Both the position numbers and the translations under genes were made by a program. The notes under the pieces are model-generated. The model was not told the DNA's origin. It made no database searches and saw only the letters and a program-made list of their open reading frames with translations. From the sequence record OR228459.1: a stretch of 64,000 bases of DNA. One strand, given 5' to 3'. Each line of letters opens with the position of its first letter. The first letter of the stretch is position 1. Shown here piece by piece: positions 59,935-64,000 of this stretch.

Positions 59935-60010
59935 GGGCCAGTAGCTCACGTGCGGTTAGAGCAGACCCCTCATAAGGGTAAGGTACGGTGTTCGACTCAC
60001 CGCTGGCTCA
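59935..60010 (+). tRNA. tRNA with CAU anticodon, most likely tRNA-Ile2 (lysidine type); CCA not encoded
   Basis: GGGCCAG/CTGGCTC acceptor, ACCC-CTCATAA-GGGT arm (Ile-like), CGGTG-TTCGACT-CACCG T-arm, followed by A-CTA. Confidence 0.85.
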
Positions 60011-60044
60011 CTACATAACATTATATACAATTTGAAGAATCAAT

Positions 60045-60068
60045 AAGGAAAGCAATTGCTTTCCTTTT
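60045..60068 (+). terminator. Rho-independent terminator (perfect palindrome)
   Basis: AAGGAAAGCAATTGCTTTCCTT then TT. Confidence 0.75.
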
Positions 60069-60090
60069 CTTTTAACTATGGAAAACTACA

Positions 60091-60492
60091 ATGCGAAAGA
60101 ATGCACTAATCAAAATGCTACAAGAGATTGAAGGTAATCCAGAGATCGTTATCTGGAATGGTTATGTAGATGATTACATGAACATCGATAAAGAAACCTT
60201 CAAAATCACTTTAGTGAAAGAAACGGAAGAATTTATATTCAATGCTCTCAAGTATGAATGGTGTCAAATGAATAATACATTTGATGTACCAGAAGAACAG
60301 TTAGCGAAGATTGCTGAACGTGCTAAAGAAGTACACAAAAAACGGGAGTATGATTTCGCCAATCCACATGTAACACCTGAAGAGTACGAACAATGGTACG
60401 GTAAAAAGACCTTGACAAAATATGTTATTTCCCCTAAACTACGTGGTAAAACATCATTAGGTGTATTCAACGCCGCTGACTTAGAATACTAA
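60091..60492 (+). CDS. hypothetical protein
   Basis: 133-aa ORF. Confidence 0.7.
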   Translation: MRKNALIKMLQEIEGNPEIVIWNGYVDDYMNIDKETFKITLVKETEEFIFNALKYEWCQMNNTFDVPEEQLAKIAERAKEVHKKREYDFANPHVTPEEYEQWYGKKTLTKYVISPKLRGKTSLGVFNAADLEY

Positions 60493-60501
60493 GAGGTTAG
60501 A

Positions 60502-60909
60502 ATGAACGAACTGATTGACAATTGGATGAAAAATGTTAAAACTTACCCGCCTTCTGAAATTTTCTATGCTAAGTATGGCAAAGAAGCAAAGGCTGAAACA
60601 CGCATTCAGAACATCTGTGAAGACCTTTATCGTTTTTGCTATCCAGAGGGTGAAGTTAACGTTTTATCTGAACTAGGAGCTTCCTATCGCGAATTTGAGG
60701 TGCTATGCATCATGGGTTTGTCTGAGATTAAGCCTGAACGTGTATTAGAAGTAAGTACTAAATTCTTGAATTGTGCAAAAGTTGCCTGTACTGCATTAGA
60801 AAAAATGCACAAGAAAGATCAACTACTAAACGAGTACTACAAGTCTTGGAAGGTTAAGTATCAAGATATTAGTACTGAAGTTTATAAACTAACTAAGGAG
60901 TTCCGCTAA
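60502..60909 (+). CDS. hypothetical protein
   Basis: GAGG SD; 135 aa. Confidence 0.7.
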   Translation: MNELIDNWMKNVKTYPPSEIFYAKYGKEAKAETRIQNICEDLYRFCYPEGEVNVLSELGASYREFEVLCIMGLSEIKPERVLEVSTKFLNCAKVACTALEKMHKKDQLLNEYYKSWKVKYQDISTEVYKLTKEFR

Positions 60910-61454
60910 TGCCTGAACTATTCCGTCCGGGAGCACATATTCCAAAAGGTTATACTGTTTGTATTACATCATGGGAAAATGATGGTGATGATTACGACAA
61001 TAACTTTATTCGTGGTATTCAAACAAAAGAAGAAGTAAATCAATTGCTTCATATCATGACTTGGTTTAGTCATCGTGAAGAAGATATGGGTAATGAAGAT
61101 ATTCAACATGAAGAAATCCTAGAACGCTTGCATCAAGGTCACATTGATGGTATCTTTACACCAGAATTTGTTAATAAACACTTTGATCTAGAACTTCCCG
61201 CAGTTGATTGTACTGATGAAGAATTCGATGATTGGTTAGATTCCGTTGTGTCGAATAACGGATACAATGATGTTGAAGATTTTATTCATCAAACACTTGG
61301 TTATCCAGTACAATACGATTCTGACTTTGCACGTATGGTAGAACGTGTTCATGTTTATTTCTTTGAAGAAGATTTGCATATTCCTGATGCACCAAAACCT
61401 ATTACCACATTTGATGGTGCATATCGTGCTGATAAAGTAGACTGGAAAATGTAA
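60909..61454 (+). CDS. acidic hypothetical protein
   Basis: ITSWENDGDDY motif; coupled. Confidence 0.7.
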   Translation: MPELFRPGAHIPKGYTVCITSWENDGDDYDNNFIRGIQTKEEVNQLLHIMTWFSHREEDMGNEDIQHEEILERLHQGHIDGIFTPEFVNKHFDLELPAVDCTDEEFDDWLDSVVSNNGYNDVEDFIHQTLGYPVQYDSDFARMVERVHVYFFEEDLHIPDAPKPITTFDGAYRADKVDWKM

Positions 61455-61469
61455 TATAGGAGAGCACTC

Positions 61470-62165
61470 ATGATAAAATATATTAAAGAAAATTTGTATA
61501 TTCCCGTGGGTGCTCTTTTAGTACTAATGTTATTAACTATAATAATTAATGGGATTTATGCTGGATATGTTCAGTATAGTGAAAATGAGGATACTACTAT
61601 GTATGGCTTAATGTATGTTGGTTCTGATGGAGAACGACTATATGTAACTAATACCGGGCGTGGAACAACGTCTGAGGATATTAGCAACATTGCTGAATTA
61701 GCACAGCATAAAACGGCGGTAACTGCTGCTAAAGCATTACTAAAGAATGGTTGGCTTGATGACGATGATGGTGAACTTTATGTTGTTGAAATTGCTAAAG
61801 TGGCAGTGAATATTGAGAAGATGGATAAACCTAAAAAGAAAGAAGGTTTCTTTATTTGCTATGATGTTTACGATAACAATGGGAAGTTAGTAACTGAATA
61901 CTATCGTGGCCCACAAAACCGAGAATATTATTCTAGTAATGAGTTTACTGATTCAATTACCCCAAGTACTGCTTTCAAAACTGAAAAGAAAGCATTAGCT
62001 GCATGGGAACGTATTTTTAAATCCATGAGAGAATCAGAAGGTTATTACAACGATAATATGAAACGTTGGGGTCGTCCATACAGCAATAACTACAAAGATT
62101 ACACCGAACGTAATGATCACATAGAAAGAACAGCTAGGATTTTAAACTATGCGTCGTGTAATTAA
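61470..62165 (+). CDS. membrane-anchored hypothetical protein
   Basis: N-terminal TM helix; AGGAG SD. Confidence 0.7.
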   Translation: MIKYIKENLYIPVGALLVLMLLTIIINGIYAGYVQYSENEDTTMYGLMYVGSDGERLYVTNTGRGTTSEDISNIAELAQHKTAVTAAKALLKNGWLDDDDGELYVVEIAKVAVNIEKMDKPKKKEGFFICYDVYDNNGKLVTEYYRGPQNREYYSSNEFTDSITPSTAFKTEKKALAAWERIFKSMRESEGYYNDNMKRWGRPYSNNYKDYTERNDHIERTARILNYASCN

Positions 62166-62364
62166 TTTCTTGACATTCTGTACTGTATCAATTATAATGA
62201 TTGCATTAACATTGATAGTTGGTTTTATTCCACTAGCACTATCTTCCTTCTTCGGGTATTCTGAAATAGAGATGGTTGCTAGATTGCTGGGATGTGTTTT
62301 AGTAATCCCAATGCTCCGATTAACATTTAAAGCAATCGACTATACATTTGATAAAACTCATTAG
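62149..62364 (+). CDS. small two-TM membrane protein
   Basis: Two hydrophobic helices. Confidence 0.65.
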   Translation: MRRVINFLTFCTVSIIMIALTLIVGFIPLALSSFFGYSEIEMVARLLGCVLVIPMLRLTFKAIDYTFDKTH

Positions 62365-62372
62365 GAGAACGT

Positions 62373-62816
62373 ATGCAAAAGGGTGTGTCTATTTTTTACG
62401 AATTTCACGATCAAGGCTGTCCACATGTGATAGCTGGTATCTATTCCCCGTACATGAAAACAGAAGAAGAAATGCGTACTCAATTGTTGAGTCTCATTGG
62501 TCATGACTCTTTTCATGAACGTGATGAACCAATCTTCGTTAATCATACTCATGTATATGCTAAATCTCTATTGGGTGAAGAAATGGATAAGGAACTAACT
62601 AACTTATTCAATAAGTTCTTCCCACAAGCACTAAATCCTAACGAACTACCAGTATCCCCAATGAAATTCTATCATACTGAAGTGGGTGCATATGAGTTCA
62701 TTTGGAATAATCGTTACAGTACTGAACTACATGAGCACCGTGTTGAATTACAAAGAAAAGCAGCGGAAGAATATCGCCGGAAACGGGCAGAACGTAAACG
62801 CCAAGAAGGTGAATAA
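62373..62816 (+). CDS. hypothetical protein
   Basis: AGGAG SD; 147 aa. Confidence 0.7.
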   Translation: MQKGVSIFYEFHDQGCPHVIAGIYSPYMKTEEEMRTQLLSLIGHDSFHERDEPIFVNHTHVYAKSLLGEEMDKELTNLFNKFFPQALNPNELPVSPMKFYHTEVGAYEFIWNNRYSTELHEHRVELQRKAAEEYRRKRAERKRQEGE

Positions 62817-63634
62817 TGTTAGAAGAACATATTATCAAACGAATACAAATCAGTATCAATAATTCTGAACGTGAAGTACAACGCATGATTAATCATGCGT
62901 TGGAACGGTCTAAGTACATTTTAGTATTTCCGGTATCTTCGAATGAAGAGGAAGATGATCCGGTATACGATAGTGTCTATGTGAGTTTCGATATTGATAA
63001 TGAGAAAGTACCTAAATTTGTTCCTAAACATAGACCAAATGATATTTGGCATTATGAACTAAACGATAATTGTACTTTTGATATGGATTGGTGTGATATT
63101 GCTGTACACATGCAAGGTTCAGTATGGATTGAAAGTTCTCGTATTAAAAAACCAGAACTGGAACATGTTCCATTCACAGTACTTGATGATATACCAGTAC
63201 TCAAACGTGGAGATAATTCCCTATTTGCATCAACTATTATGACATACTTACGGATGTATGATAATGAATCTTATGAGATGGAAGAAACTATTTGTAATTA
63301 TCTAGATTCACTACCTCCAGAAGATATGAGTATTGATAATGTGTACATTGATGTCACTGATGATGATATTCCATATGGTCGCATTAGCAGTGTAATTCGT
63401 GTAAATGGAGAAACAATAGGGTATATGTCTCAGAGAGGTCGTGAATTACTTGATGTAAGAATTTATGCTTACGACAACAAAAAATGCGTAAAATTCATTG
63501 AAGATGTTATTGACAAACTCAAGTTACGTGATAAAATGATATTCGATTCAATCAATGATATTGATCCGAATTCTGATGCTGATGAATTTTTACCAGTACC
63601 GGGATATACTACAAAAAGACATGAAGGTAATTGA
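62816..63634 (+). CDS. acidic hypothetical protein
   Basis: 272-aa coupled ORF. Confidence 0.7.
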   Translation: MLEEHIIKRIQISINNSEREVQRMINHALERSKYILVFPVSSNEEEDDPVYDSVYVSFDIDNEKVPKFVPKHRPNDIWHYELNDNCTFDMDWCDIAVHMQGSVWIESSRIKKPELEHVPFTVLDDIPVLKRGDNSLFASTIMTYLRMYDNESYEMEETICNYLDSLPPEDMSIDNVYIDVTDDDIPYGRISSVIRVNGETIGYMSQRGRELLDVRIYAYDNKKCVKFIEDVIDKLKLRDKMIFDSINDIDPNSDADEFLPVPGYTTKRHEGN

Positions 63635-63635
63635 C

Positions 63636-63896
63636 ATGAGTAAAATTATTGTGTTACAATGTTTTTCAGATAGCGGATTCAGTACTGATCATATTTTTGA
63701 GGGAAATGAATTTTCACGCGATCCAGCAGATATGATTCAGTTAATAAGTGAGCAATTTACTTGTACAGAAAGTAATGGACACCTCCATGTTCTTCATGAT
63801 ACAATAAATTGGTCACCAAAAGTATCTGAAGATGTTATTCATGTACTCCGTAAAAACGGGTATGTACTTCTTAATCCTAAGAGGGTCATAGTATGA
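63636..63896 (+). CDS. hypothetical protein
   Basis: GAAGG SD before ATG 63636. Confidence 0.6.
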   Translation: MSKIIVLQCFSDSGFSTDHIFEGNEFSRDPADMIQLISEQFTCTESNGHLHVLHDTINWSPKVSEDVIHVLRKNGYVLLNPKRVIV

Positions 63897-64000
63897 AACT
63901 ATATTCCATTAATGGGAATGTATATGCTAGTACTGATGAACATTTAACGGATTATAAAATAATTCAACACATGATGAACCGTACAGGTTCATCAGTTAGT
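63893..64000 (+). CDS. 5' part of an ORF running off the window
   Basis: ATG 63893 overlapping the previous stop; open to the window end. Confidence 0.5.
   Translation, partial: MKLYSINGNVYASTDEHLTDYKIIQHMMNRTGSSVS

Overview
This 64 kb window is AT-rich (roughly 35% GC by eye) and almost entirely + strand. It comes from a lytic jumbo dsDNA myovirus with T4-like replication genes, most consistent with the RaK2/GAP32/PBECO4-like jumbo phages of Enterobacterales; that placement is inferred from gene content, not from a search. The left ~38 kb is core genome: primase, DnaB-like helicase, a DnaE-type (family C) polymerase split into two genes ~32 kb apart, PD-(D/E)XK exonuclease, NrdA/NrdB, DHFR, RNase H, Dda helicase, two-subunit type II topoisomerase, clamp loader and GroES. 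It also holds probable virion proteins, a tandem pair of T4-holin-like genes, and host-like IF3, ClpS and YggL. The right ~26 kb is an early/accessory region with TelA proteins, NADAR plus ADP-ribosylglycohydrolase, SPFH, Pth2, many small hypotheticals including a dispersed paralogue family, three tRNAs and one aberrant tRNA-like RNA. The strongest unexplained signals are: (1) a promoter-driven ~350-nt highly structured non-coding RNA between two ADP-ribose erasers; (2) the split minimal DnaE; (3) a nine-copy phage-specific promoter class TTG(G/A)GACAAA-N9-ATGTGATATAAT; (4) a tRNA-Ser with an ACU anticodon; (5) a D-arm-less tRNA-like RNA; (6) codon-level avoidance of CCWGG and GGWCC together with enrichment of AGTACT. 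All family assignments are from motif recognition by eye; no database searches were run.
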